Source: a virus. From it: a stretch of 64,000 nt of DNA. Under the pieces are notes generated by a model, which was given only the letters and a program-made list of their open reading frames with translations, made no database searches and was not told the DNA's origin. Made by a program: the position numbers and the translations under genes. Every line of letters begins with the position of its first letter. The stretch's first letter is position 1. This document shows, one piece after another, positions 16,120-25,708 of the stretch. The stretch covers positions 13,033-77,032 of IMG/VR virus record IMGVR_UViG_3300048834_001178; one strand, given 5' to 3'.

Positions 16120-17688
16120 ATGCTCACAGCCATCGCCAACATCATGAGCCGGGTCGGCCGCGGTACTTCCGCCGCCTCTCCCTCCCCGGCGGCGTCGCGC
16201 CCCCCCGACTCGCACGGACGCGGGTCGCGCGGCGGCCGTCGGTTGGTCGTCGCCAAGTTCGACTCGGCACAGACCACCGCGGACAGCCGCAAGCACTGGG
16301 CGAATGCCGACGGCCTGTCGCCCAACGCCGCGATCAATCCCGAGGTCCGTCGCGTCCTGCGCAACCGGGCCCGCTACGAGGTCGCCAACAACAGCTACGC
16401 CAAAGGCATCGTCCTCACGCTCGCCAATGACACCATTGGCACCGGTCCCCGGCTGCAGATGCTCACCGGCGACGCCGAGGCCAACGCCCGCATCGAGGAC
16501 GCGTTCGAGCAGTGGTCGCGGGCGGTTGACCTGCCCGGCAAGCTCCGCACCATGCGGATGGCCCGCGCCGAGACCGGCGAAGCGTTCGCGCTGCTCGTGA
16601 ACAACCCCGGAGTGCTGTCCCAGGTCTCGCTCGACGTGAAGCTCATCGAGGCGGACCAGGTCTGTTCTCCGCTCATGCGTCGTGGCCGGAGCGATGAGAT
16701 CGACGGCATCCTGCTGGACCAGTGGGGCAACCCTTCCGCGTACCGCGTGCTCAAGCGGCACCCCGGCGACAACAGCGCTCTGCGTGCCCCTGTTGACGAC
16801 CTGCTGGCGTACGACACGCTCCCCGCCGCGTCGGTGGTGCACTACTACCGGGCCGATCGGCCGGGCCAGCTCCGAGGCATCCCCGATATCACGCCGGCGC
16901 TCCCGCTGTTCGCGCAGCTCCGCCGGTACACGCTTGCGACCATCGCGGCTGCCGAGACCGCCGCCAACTTCGCCGCCGTGATCTACACCGACGCGCCGGC
17001 CAACGGCGAGGCCGATCCTCTGGAGCCGATGGACGAAGTCGAGCTCGAGCAGCGACTCGCGACCGTCCTCCCTGGCGGCTGGAAGCTCGGGCAGGTCCAC
17101 GCCGAGCAGCCGACCACGACGTTTGGGGAGTTCAAGCGCGAGATCCTCAACGAGATCGCCCGCTGTCTGAACATGCCGTTCAACGTCGCGGCGGGCAACT
17201 CCTCGGGGTACAACTACGCCAGCGGCCGCCTGGACCACCAGGTGTACTTCAAGAGCATCCGCGTCGAGCAGCACCAGATGCAGCTCGCCGTGCTCGACCG
17301 CATCCTTAAGGCGTGGCTCAACGAGGCGGTGCTGGTCGAGGGGCTGCTCCCGCAGTCACTCCGCACGATCGCACGCACGCTGCCGGAGCACGCGTGGTTC
17401 TGGGATGGCGTCGAGCACGTCGATCCCGCCAAGGAAGCGAGCGCCCAGGCGACGCGCCTGGCCAACCACACCACCACGCTCGCCGTGGAGTTCGCCCGGC
17501 AGGGTCGCGACTGGGAGCAAGAGCTCCGCCAGCGGGCCAAGGAAATCTCGCTCATGAACGAGCTGGGGCTCTCGCCCGCCACCGCGTCACCAGCGACGAG
17601 CACGCCCGCGGAGCCGCCAGCCCCGGCCGACGACGCCGACCCCGCAGACACCGTTGACGAGGAGACCGCCAGTGCCAGTGCCAACTGA
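16120..17688 (+). CDS. Phage portal protein, lambda family
   Basis: LRNRARYEVANNSYAKG, RPGQLRGIP, NYASGRLD, HVDPAKEA, GRDWEQELRQRAKE. Confidence 0.92.
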   Translation: MLTAIANIMSRVGRGTSAASPSPAASRPPDSHGRGSRGGRRLVVAKFDSAQTTADSRKHWANADGLSPNAAINPEVRRVLRNRARYEVANNSYAKGIVLTLANDTIGTGPRLQMLTGDAEANARIEDAFEQWSRAVDLPGKLRTMRMARAETGEAFALLVNNPGVLSQVSLDVKLIEADQVCSPLMRRGRSDEIDGILLDQWGNPSAYRVLKRHPGDNSALRAPVDDLLAYDTLPAASVVHYYRADRPGQLRGIPDITPALPLFAQLRRYTLATIAAAETAANFAAVIYTDAPANGEADPLEPMDEVELEQRLATVLPGGWKLGQVHAEQPTTTFGEFKREILNEIARCLNMPFNVAAGNSSGYNYASGRLDHQVYFKSIRVEQHQMQLAVLDRILKAWLNEAVLVEGLLPQSLRTIARTLPEHAWFWDGVEHVDPAKEASAQATRLANHTTTLAVEFARQGRDWEQELRQRAKEISLMNELGLSPATASPATSTPAEPPAPADDADPADTVDEETASASAN

Positions 17689-17692
17689 TTCC

Positions 17693-19621
17693 ATGAAGAT
17701 CCTCCCCGCGCTCACGTTCACCGCGACGGCGGACATCACTTTCTCCGCCGCGGCGGATGGTCAGAGCGCGCCGCTGCCCCGGTTCAAGATGGTCGCGTAC
17801 ACCGGCGGCGCGATGCGCGTCGCGGGGTGGCGAGCCCCGGTCGTGATCGATCTCGCGGGCCTGGCTGTCCCCTCGCAGGCACGTCCCATCCGCTTCGGGC
17901 ACGACCCGCTCTCGGGCGTCGGCCATACGGACGCGATCCGCGTTGAGGCCGGGCAGCTGGTCGCGACTGGAGTCATCTCCCGCGACACGCCCGCCGCCAA
18001 GGAGGTCGTTGCCTCCAGCCGGAACGGATTCCCTTGGCAGGCCTCCGTCGGCGCGAGCGTCGAGGAGTTCGAGTTCATCAAGGACAACCAGAAGGCGACG
18101 GTCAACGGCCAGGAGATCTCCGGCCCGGTGAACGTCGTCCGCAAGGCCACACTCGGCGAGATCAGTTTCGTGGATCTCGGCGCAGACGGCCGCACCAGCG
18201 CGAGCATCGCCGCGCGTCTTCTCAAGGAGCCCAGCGTCATGGCCGACGATTCCAATCCCATCTCCTCACCGTCCTCGACCCCTGCCGTCACCGGCACCGA
18301 GCAGACGCCCGAGCAGGTTCGTGCCGCGGCGCTCGCCGAGACGGCGCGCATCGAGTCGATCCGCAAGGTCTGCGGCAGCAAGCACACGAGCATCGAGGCC
18401 CAGGCCATCCGCGACAACTGGGATGCCACGCGCACCGAGCTCGAGGTCCTGCGTGCCAGCCGCCCCAAGGCCCCAAGTGGTCCACCCGCGGACTACGGCG
18501 TGACCAGCGAGGTGCTGGAAGCGGCCTGCTTCCAGAGCGCCAAGCTCGAAGGCATCGAGAAGGTTTGTTCGGAGCAGGCGATGGATATTGCCGCCAAGCG
18601 ATTCAAGGGCGGCCTGGGTCTGCAGGAGCTGCTGTTCGAGGCCGCGATCGCCAACGGCTACACGGGCCGCACGTTCCGCGACAGCCGCCGCGTGCTCGAG
18701 GCCGCGTTCGGACGCGGCATCGAGGCGGGCATGACCACCATCGATGTGGGCGGCATCCTCTCCAACGTCGCCAACAAGTTCCTGCTCGAGGGCTTCTTCA
18801 GCGTCGAGCGCGTGTGGCGGAGCATCTGCGCCGTCCGCAACGTCAGCGACTTCAAGACCGTCACCAGCTACCGCCTGGTCGGCAAGGACCAGTACGAGCA
18901 GGTCGCCCCCGGCGGCGAGCTCAAGCAGGGCACGCTCGGCGAGGAGACCTACACCAACAAGGCCGACACCTACGGCCTGATGCTCTCGATCGACCGCCGC
19001 GACATCATCAACGACGATCTCGGCGCGATCACCACGGTCCCCCGCAAGCTCGGCCGTGGCTCGGGCCTGAAGATCAACGACGTCTTCTGGACGGCGTTCA
19101 TGAACAACGCCGCGTTCTTCAGCGCCGGCAACAAGAACTTCATCTCGGGCGCGGACACCGCCCTCGGCATCGACGGCCTTACCAAGGGCGAGGTCGCCTT
19201 CATGGACCTCGTGGACTCCGACGGCAAGCCCACGGGCGTGATGCCAGCGATCCTGCTGGTGCCTACGGCGCTCTCGGCGATGGGCACGCAGCTCTACAAG
19301 AGCGTCGAGCTCCGGGACACGACCGCGAACACCAAGTTTCCCGTCGCCAACCCGCACCAGGGCAAGTTCCGCATCGAGGTCAGCCGCTACCTCTCCAACG
19401 CCCTCTACACGGGCAACTCGGCCAAGGCGTGGTACCTGCTCGCCGACCCCAGCGACCTGCCGGTCATCGAGATGGCGTTCCTCAACGGCCAGGAAGCCCC
19501 GACCGTCGAGACCTCGGACGCGGACTTCAACATGCTCGGCATCCGGATGCGTGGGTACCACGACTTCGGCGTCAACCTGCAGGACCCGCGCGGCGGCGTC
19601 AAGAGCAAGGGCGAGGTGTAA
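17693..19621 (+). CDS. Prohead protease-major capsid fusion protein
   Basis: N-terminal protease-like (AYTGG, IRFGHD, FPWQASVGA, LGEISFVDLGAD); C-terminal capsid-like (VSDFKT, TYGLMLSIDRRDIINDDLGA, YHDFGVNLQDPRGGVK). Confidence 0.88.
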   Translation: MKILPALTFTATADITFSAAADGQSAPLPRFKMVAYTGGAMRVAGWRAPVVIDLAGLAVPSQARPIRFGHDPLSGVGHTDAIRVEAGQLVATGVISRDTPAAKEVVASSRNGFPWQASVGASVEEFEFIKDNQKATVNGQEISGPVNVVRKATLGEISFVDLGADGRTSASIAARLLKEPSVMADDSNPISSPSSTPAVTGTEQTPEQVRAAALAETARIESIRKVCGSKHTSIEAQAIRDNWDATRTELEVLRASRPKAPSGPPADYGVTSEVLEAACFQSAKLEGIEKVCSEQAMDIAAKRFKGGLGLQELLFEAAIANGYTGRTFRDSRRVLEAAFGRGIEAGMTTIDVGGILSNVANKFLLEGFFSVERVWRSICAVRNVSDFKTVTSYRLVGKDQYEQVAPGGELKQGTLGEETYTNKADTYGLMLSIDRRDIINDDLGAITTVPRKLGRGSGLKINDVFWTAFMNNAAFFSAGNKNFISGADTALGIDGLTKGEVAFMDLVDSDGKPTGVMPAILLVPTALSAMGTQLYKSVELRDTTANTKFPVANPHQGKFRIEVSRYLSNALYTGNSAKAWYLLADPSDLPVIEMAFLNGQEAPTVETSDADFNMLGIRMRGYHDFGVNLQDPRGGVKSKGEV

Positions 19622-19750
19622 GCCATGCCCGGGCAGGTCAGCACAGGCGCTGGGGGGCTCGGCGAAGAGCTCCCCGGCGACCTTCAGAGCGGCATCGATC
19701 AGCAATCGGGCATCGACACCGATGGCCCACCAACAGATGGAGGTTCAGGC

Positions 19751-20098
19751 ATGGCTTCAGGACCAGCGAAGTTCGTTCAGGAAGGCGGCTCGATCGACTA
19801 CACCCCCGGCGCTGACGTGCTCGTCGGCGCGGTGGTGGTGCAGGCCGACCTCATCGGCGTCACTCAGGCACCGATCAAGGCGGGCCAGTTGGGATCGCTC
19901 GCCGTCACCGGCGTGTTCGATTTCAACAAAGCGGTCGGCGCTGGCAGCGCCATTCCCATCGGGACGTTGACGTACTGGGACGCCGGGGCACAGGTCGCCA
20001 CCAAGAACGCGGCGGCCGGGGCCAACAAGCTGATCGGCAAGTGCATCAAGGCCACTGTGGACGCGGACACCATCGTTCGCGTGCGCCTGCAGCAATAA
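19751..20098 (+). CDS. DUF2190 family capsid cement/decoration protein
   Basis: FVQEGGSIDYTP..GSLAVTGVFDF..TIVRVRL; GGAGG RBS before ATG 19751. Confidence 0.8.
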   Translation: MASGPAKFVQEGGSIDYTPGADVLVGAVVVQADLIGVTQAPIKAGQLGSLAVTGVFDFNKAVGAGSAIPIGTLTYWDAGAQVATKNAAAGANKLIGKCIKATVDADTIVRVRLQQ

Positions 20099-20107
20099 GG
20101 AGCACCT

Positions 20108-20488
20108 GTGGGCGACCTGCTCGATCGCGGCGCGGCGTTCCTCGACGCCCAGCGTCATCAGCACCTCTCACGCCCGGTCGTCTACCGGCGTGGCACGGAC
20201 GAGAAGGAAGTCCAGGCCACCATCGGCACGACCCAGTTCGAGCAGGCGGACGAGGCTGGACTCATTCACCGGGTGGAGTCGCGGGACTTCCTGGTGCGGG
20301 CCTCGGAACTGGATCTGGGCGCTGGCCCGATCCTCCCGCGGGCGGGCGACCAGGTGCGAGAGACGGTTGGCACGAGCGTGTTCGTGTACGAGGTCAATGC
20401 CCCCGGTGGACAACCGCCCTGGCGCTACAGCGACCCGTACCGCAGGGTTCTTCGGATTCACACCAAGCACATCGGCACGGAGACGTGA
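20108..20488 (+). CDS. Head-tail adaptor/head closure-like protein
   Basis: Position after the capsid genes; ESRDFLV..PRAGDQV; AAGGAG RBS. Confidence 0.65.
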   Translation: MGDLLDRGAAFLDAQRHQHLSRPVVYRRGTDEKEVQATIGTTQFEQADEAGLIHRVESRDFLVRASELDLGAGPILPRAGDQVRETVGTSVFVYEVNAPGGQPPWRYSDPYRRVLRIHTKHIGTET

Positions 20489-20793
20489 TGGCGGACTCAG
20501 GCAACAACTCCAACGGACAGAACGGCAGCGCCCGTTGGGCCGGCGTGGTCGTCACGGTCGTGCTCGCGGCGGGCGCGATGACCATCCAATGGGGCGTGGT
20601 GACCACCAAGCTCCAGCAGGTGGAGAAGCGGCTCGATGAGTTCATCGGCGAGGCCCGCAGCATCCGCGCGCAGTACGCCGAGATGGAGCGCAAAATCTGG
20701 TTCCTCGAGGGCAAGCTCTCCGGGCTGACGTCCAACTCGCCACGCCAGACTGTGCCAACGACCGGAACGCCCATGATCGGCGGTGGCCCGTGA
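20488..20793 (+). CDS. Small membrane protein with one TM helix and coiled coil (holin/spanin-like candidate)
   Basis: WAGVVVTVVLAAGAMTIQWGVV followed by heptad-like segment. Confidence 0.55.
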   Translation: MADSGNNSNGQNGSARWAGVVVTVVLAAGAMTIQWGVVTTKLQQVEKRLDEFIGEARSIRAQYAEMERKIWFLEGKLSGLTSNSPRQTVPTTGTPMIGGGP

Positions 20794-21221
20794 GCACCAT
20801 CGCCGCCCTCGCCGATGCCGTCGCGGCGCACGTGAGCGCCGGGTCCTACGGACAGCCCGTCACGGCCGTCCGGATGTACCAGCCCGCGTTCACGCTGGAG
20901 GACCTCAAGGACCTGCGGGTCTCGGTGGTGCCGCGTACGGTGCAGATGACCCCGGTGACGCGGGACAGCCTGGCCATCGAGTACGTCATCGACGTGGGCG
21001 TGCAGAAGAAGCTCCCCGCCGAAGGGGCGGACGCGGCGATCGATGAGTTGCTCGTGCTGGTCGAGGCGATCGCGGACCACCTGCGGTTCCAAAGACTGCC
21101 GGGCTTCCCCGACGCGGCGTGGGTCGGGATCAACAACGAGCCGGTGGTGTCGAGCGAAGCGCTCGAGCAGCACCGGGTGTTCACCAGCGTGCTGAGCGTC
21201 ACCTACCGGGAGCGGAGGTAG
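20790..21221 (+). CDS. Tail terminator/completion-like protein
   Basis: Size and position before the tail tube gene; IDVGVQKK, FTSVLSVTY. Confidence 0.6.
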   Translation: MSTIAALADAVAAHVSAGSYGQPVTAVRMYQPAFTLEDLKDLRVSVVPRTVQMTPVTRDSLAIEYVIDVGVQKKLPAEGADAAIDELLVLVEAIADHLRFQRLPGFPDAAWVGINNEPVVSSEALEQHRVFTSVLSVTYRERR

Positions 21222-21223
21222 CC

Positions 21224-21481
21224 ATGCGCAACACGATCATCTTCGGTGTGGCAATGACGGACGAGCTCAAGCCGCTGGCGACCCAGAAGACCATCGCCAC
21301 CTTCACGCTCACCGCGTCGCACAAGAACACGCAGGACCTGCTGCTCTCGGACGGGAAGACGGACCCAATCGAGGTCGCCCCGGGCACGCAGTACTACTTC
21401 GAACGGGTCAACCTGGCGGACATTCTGGTCAAGAGCAAGGCGGGCGAGATGGTCTTTGTGGTCGGCCACAGCGCCGAGTGA
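21224..21481 (+). CDS. Hypothetical structural protein
   Basis: GGAGG RBS; in operon. Confidence 0.6.
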   Translation: MRNTIIFGVAMTDELKPLATQKTIATFTLTASHKNTQDLLLSDGKTDPIEVAPGTQYYFERVNLADILVKSKAGEMVFVVGHSAE

Positions 21482-21493
21482 AAGGAGTCAGCG

Positions 21494-21922
21494 ATGGCAA
21501 TCAAGCTCGGCATGGAGGCCGCCCTCAAGTACAAGGTCGGCGGTCAGGGCGGCGCGGGTGCGTGGACGGCGCTCGGCAACACCCGCGACGTGACGCTCAA
21601 CCTCGAGGCGGGCGAGGCGGACGTGACCACCCGCGCCAACAGCGGCTGGCGGGCGACGGTCGCCACGCTCAAGGAGGCGAGCGTCGAGTTCGAGATGGTC
21701 TGGGACACAGCGGACGCCGGGTTCACCGCCATCAAGAACGCGTTCTTCGGCAACGACCCGATCGGATTCCAGATCCTCGATGAGACGAGCGGCCAGGGCC
21801 TGCAGGCGGACTTCTCCATCACGAACTTCTCGCGGAACGAGGCGCTGGAAGAGGCGATCACGGTGTCCGTCACGGCGAAGGTGACGTACTCGGCGACGGC
21901 GCCCTCATGGATCGGCGGCTGA
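21494..21922 (+). CDS. Major tail tube protein
   Basis: RDVTLNLEAGEADVTTR..GWR..LKEASVEFEM..FSITNFSRNE..ITVSVT; AAAGGAG RBS. Confidence 0.8.
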   Translation: MAIKLGMEAALKYKVGGQGGAGAWTALGNTRDVTLNLEAGEADVTTRANSGWRATVATLKEASVEFEMVWDTADAGFTAIKNAFFGNDPIGFQILDETSGQGLQADFSITNFSRNEALEEAITVSVTAKVTYSATAPSWIGG

Positions 21923-21986
21923 GCCCGTCGGATTGCTGTCGGATCTGCGTCGGATTCCTGTCGGTTCCTGATTGACGGAGGCACGG

Positions 21987-22502
21987 ATGCGATCGTTCAA
22001 GGACAACCAGGGGCGGCAGTGGTCGGTGGAGATCAACGTCACCGCCATCAAGCGTGTGCGCGGGCTTACCGGCGAGGACCTGATGCAGGTCATCGAGGGG
22101 ACGCTGATCGAGAAGCTGATCCGCGACCCCGTCCTGCTCTGCGATGTGGTGTACGCAATCTGCAAGCCCGAGGCGGACACCCGCAGCGTCTCCGACGAGG
22201 AGTTCGGCAAGGCGATGGCGGGCGACGCCATCGAGGCCGCGACGACGGCGGTGCTGGAGGAGCTCGTGGGTTTCTGCCCGAGCCCGAGGGACCGGGCCAA
22301 CCTCGGGCGGGTGCTCCAGGCCACGAGCCGCGTGCTGGACAAGGCCCGCGACCTGACGGAGAAGCGGATCCAGACGCTGACCAGCGAGAGCGAGCTGGAC
22401 AAGCTCGTGAACCGGATGGTCCCACCGCTCCAAGAGCCGCAGACGCCTGGAAGTTCATCTACCAGTGTGCCGGAGCCCTTGGCGTCGATCCCGGGCCCCT
22501 GA
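21987..22502 (+). CDS. Tail assembly chaperone (gpG-like)
   Basis: Lies between tail tube and tape measure, overlapped by a -1 frame ORF; GGAGG RBS. Confidence 0.7.
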   Translation: MRSFKDNQGRQWSVEINVTAIKRVRGLTGEDLMQVIEGTLIEKLIRDPVLLCDVVYAICKPEADTRSVSDEEFGKAMAGDAIEAATTAVLEELVGFCPSPRDRANLGRVLQATSRVLDKARDLTEKRIQTLTSESELDKLVNRMVPPLQEPQTPGSSSTSVPEPLASIPGP

Positions 22503-22744
22503 AGCTGCGCGAGCTGGTCGCCATGCTCGACGGTCGACAACGCCACGACTGGTCGATCGCCGCCGCCGTCATGTCCGTGGTGGCCAACACCGCCCGCGAT
22601 CCCAAGCGATCCCGCCTGCTCAAGCCCGCCGACTTCGACCCCTTCAACAAGCCCCAGCGACCCGTCAAGGTTGACGTGTCGGTCCTCAAAGACGTGTTCA
22701 TCGACCGCCGCATGCCGGAGGTCCCCAAGGAGACTCGCGCATGA
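22440..22744 (+). CDS. gpT-like C-terminal extension of the tail chaperone (-1 frame; start approximate)
   Basis: WKFIYQCAGALGVDPGPLKLRELVAM..PADFDPF in the -1 frame, ending with an ATGA overlap into the next gene. Confidence 0.6.
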
Positions 22745-23235
22745 AGAGCCTTTCGACCCGCCACTACGTCTACATCGGTGCTCTGATCCTGCTGGCGCTC
22801 GTGCTTGCGTCGTGCGCCGGCCTCGACCTCGGCGACATCGTCAAGGTCAAGACGCCCAACACGATCCAGCAGACCACCGGCCTGCCATCGACGCTCAGCC
22901 TCAATGAGGCCGAGGTTGAGTACCAGAACTGGTTCAACCTCACGCAGATGACCGGCGCGCAATGGAAAGGCAACATCGAGAAGGCGGGCGAGATCCGCGG
23001 GTTGCTCGGGCAGCTCACGCTCTCGGCCCTCGACACCGTTGGCCCGACCGTCGCGGGCCTGCCCGTGCTCGGACCGGCGCTGCCCGCGCTCACCGGCATC
23101 GTTGGTCTGTTCATCGGGTCCGGCCGTCTCCGCAAGGAGAAGGAGGCGTCGTTCAACAAGGGCCTGGAGAAGGGCAGCACCATCGCCGGCACCGGCGGTG
23201 GTCAGGTCGGGGGCGCTGGGAGCAGCGGCGCATGA
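22741..23235 (+). CDS. Lipoprotein with C-terminal hydrophobic helix (unimolecular spanin-like topology)
   Basis: Lipobox LLALVLAS-C; C-terminal LPVLGPALPALTGIVGLFIG followed by RLRKEK. Confidence 0.6.
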   Translation: MKSLSTRHYVYIGALILLALVLASCAGLDLGDIVKVKTPNTIQQTTGLPSTLSLNEAEVEYQNWFNLTQMTGAQWKGNIEKAGEIRGLLGQLTLSALDTVGPTVAGLPVLGPALPALTGIVGLFIGSGRLRKEKEASFNKGLEKGSTIAGTGGGQVGGAGSSGA

Positions 23236-23678
23236 TCACCATGCGGATCAAGGACATGTTCTTCGACCGCCACGTCGTCATGGCGGCGGTCGACAACGCC
23301 AAGCGGAAGGTGCTCAGCAAGGCCGGCGCGTTCATCCGCACGGCGGCCAAGACGAGCATCCGCAAACGCAAGGGGTCGGCTCCTCCCGGGGCCCCGCCCC
23401 ATTCGCACGAGGGCAGCCTGCGTCGGCTGATCCTCTTCGGGTACGACAAGCCGAACGACTCGGTGGTCGTCGGGCCGGTGGGATTCAAGAAGAGCGAGGC
23501 ACCGAACGTGCTCGAGCACGGCGGCGACACCGTCGTGTTCCGCAGGTTGGGGGGGCGGGGCGGCAAGCTCACCTCGCGGAAGGTCAAGATCGCGCCGCGG
23601 CCGTACATGGCTCCGGCGCTGGAGAAAGAGCGGCCGAAGCTGCCGCTGTTGTGGCGGAACTCCGTCAGGAAGGGCTAA
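23232..23678 (+). CDS. HK97-gp10/gpZ-like tail completion/neck protein
   Basis: Basic protein; SAPPGAPPH..GSLRR..LEHGG..IAPRPYMAPAL. Confidence 0.7.
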   Translation: MITMRIKDMFFDRHVVMAAVDNAKRKVLSKAGAFIRTAAKTSIRKRKGSAPPGAPPHSHEGSLRRLILFGYDKPNDSVVVGPVGFKKSEAPNVLEHGGDTVVFRRLGGRGGKLTSRKVKIAPRPYMAPALEKERPKLPLLWRNSVRKG

Positions 23679-23684
23679 GTCACC

Positions 23685-25679
23685 GTGGCCGACACCCGTG
23701 GCATCCGAGCAGGCCGAGCCTTCGTTGAGCTGGGCGTCAGCGACAAGCTGTCGGCCGGGCTGAAGGCGGCCCAGAAGAAGCTCGAAGCCTTCGGCGCGGG
23801 GCTGCGGTCCATCGGCACCAAGATGGCAGGCATCGGCGTCGCGGCGATCACCGCGCTGCTTGGCACCGCGAAGGCCTTCTCCGACTCCGGCGATGCGCTC
23901 GACAAGATGAGCGCCCGCACGAGCGTGAGTGTCGAGGCCCTCAGCGAGCTCGGTTACGCGGCCGACCTCTCCGGCACGGACATGGAGACGCTGGAGAACG
24001 GCCTCCGCGTCATGCAGAAGACGCTTACGGAGGCGTCGCAAGGCTCCAAGGGGGCGAACGAGGCTCTCGCGCGGCTCGGGCTGACGGTGCAGGACCTGGC
24101 CAAGCTCTCCCCCGACGAGCAGTTCAAGCTCCTGGCCGATCGCATCTCCCGCATCCAGGACCCCGCAGCCCGCGCCGCGATGGCGATGGAACTCTTCGGC
24201 AAGGCGGGGACGAAGCTCCTGCCGCTCATGGCCGACGGAGCAGCGGGCATCAACGAGATGCAGGAGCAGGCCCGCAAACTCGGGCTGACGGTGAGCACGG
24301 AGACGGCCAGGGATGCCGCCGAGCTCAACGACGCGCTGGGCACGCTCTGGAAGGTCCTCAAGCAGGGTGTCTTCACGATTGGCGGGGCGCTCGCACCCAC
24401 CATCAAGGACCTCACAGAGCGGATCACACGCATCGTTGTGAGCGCCACGGCGTGGGTGAAGGCGAACAAGGAAGCGGTGGTCTGGGCGCTCAAAGTCGCG
24501 GCGGCGGTCGCGGTCGCGGGGATTGCCATCGTCGGCCTGGGCTACATCATCTCCGGCATCGGCGCGGCGCTTAGCATCGTGGCCGCCGTCATCGGCGGGA
24601 TCGGGACGGCATTCAGCCTGATCGGGGCCGCCATCGGCGCGATCCTCACGCCCGTCGGCCTGACCATCGCCGCGATCGTGGCGCTGGGCGGCACATTGCT
24701 GGTCGTCACCGGTGCGGGCGGCGAGGCCCTTTCGTGGCTGGCGGAGAAGTTCACCGAGCTGCGTGACTGGGTCGGCAAGGTGGTGGGCGGCATCTCCGAT
24801 GCTCTTGCCGCCGGCGACATCGCACTCGCAGCCGAGATCCTGTGGCTGTCGCTCAAGGTCATCTGGCAGCAGGGTGTGGCGGCGCTCAACAATGCGTGGC
24901 TCGGCGCGAAGGAGTTCTTCGTCTCCACGGCCTACTCGATGTGGTACGGCGCTCTGGCTGCGGCCGAGATCGTGTTCCACGCACTCGAGGTCGCGTGGAT
25001 CGAGACGACCGCCTTCCTGTCAAAGACCTGGACCAACTTCGCCACCGGCTTCCAGATGATCTGGGAGGAGGCGTCGAGCTGGGTCGCCAAGCGGATGCTG
25101 GAGATCCAGGGGCTGTTCGATGACGGGCTGGATGTTGAAGCCGCCAAGAAGGCGGTGGACCAGCAGCTCGAGTCCCGCCTCATCGAACTGGAGAACGCTG
25201 CTCAGCAGTCGGTGACCGCACGCGAGGGGCAGCGCGAACAGCAGCGCCGCGATGCGGCGGCGATGCACGAAGCGACGCTGTCCGCGATCGGCCAGGACTT
25301 CGAGAACGCACAGGAAGCCCTGCGCAAGGACACCGAGGCCGGGTTCGCCGAGTCACAGGCGGCGCTCGACGCCGCGAAACAGAAACTCGCCGCCGCGATC
25401 GAGGAGGCCCGCAAGAAGCGCGAGGCCGCCGACGCGGAGAAGGGACCTGGTCGTCCCCAACGCGACCTCCTCGCGGACTTCGAGGAGCGGCTGTCCGGCC
25501 TCGGGGCGGCCATCGGCAAGGGCATCAGCGTCACCGGGACGTTCAGTGCGGTGGCCGTCTCCGGTCTGGGCACGGGTGGCGACGCCGCCGAGCGCACCGC
25601 CAGCGCCACCGAGCAGACCGCCCGCAACACCAAGCGTCTGCTGGATGCCAGCGTCGACAACGGGCTGCGGTTTGCCTGA
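23685..25679 (+). CDS. Tape measure protein
   Basis: Long Ala/Gly-rich helical protein; LSELGYAA, MELFGKAGTKLLPLM, central hydrophobic stretch. Confidence 0.9.
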   Translation: MADTRGIRAGRAFVELGVSDKLSAGLKAAQKKLEAFGAGLRSIGTKMAGIGVAAITALLGTAKAFSDSGDALDKMSARTSVSVEALSELGYAADLSGTDMETLENGLRVMQKTLTEASQGSKGANEALARLGLTVQDLAKLSPDEQFKLLADRISRIQDPAARAAMAMELFGKAGTKLLPLMADGAAGINEMQEQARKLGLTVSTETARDAAELNDALGTLWKVLKQGVFTIGGALAPTIKDLTERITRIVVSATAWVKANKEAVVWALKVAAAVAVAGIAIVGLGYIISGIGAALSIVAAVIGGIGTAFSLIGAAIGAILTPVGLTIAAIVALGGTLLVVTGAGGEALSWLAEKFTELRDWVGKVVGGISDALAAGDIALAAEILWLSLKVIWQQGVAALNNAWLGAKEFFVSTAYSMWYGALAAAEIVFHALEVAWIETTAFLSKTWTNFATGFQMIWEEASSWVAKRMLEIQGLFDDGLDVEAAKKAVDQQLESRLIELENAAQQSVTAREGQREQQRRDAAAMHEATLSAIGQDFENAQEALRKDTEAGFAESQAALDAAKQKLAAAIEEARKKREAADAEKGPGRPQRDLLADFEERLSGLGAAIGKGISVTGTFSAVAVSGLGTGGDAAERTASATEQTARNTKRLLDASVDNGLRFA

Positions 25680-25708
25680 CCCCATCAGACAGAAGGAGTT
25701 CATCGCTC

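Noticed and set aside
19625-19750. 42-aa N-terminal extension of the DUF2190 gene
   Set aside because: Strong GGAGG RBS precedes ATG 19751 and the family motif starts there; extension unsupported though not excluded
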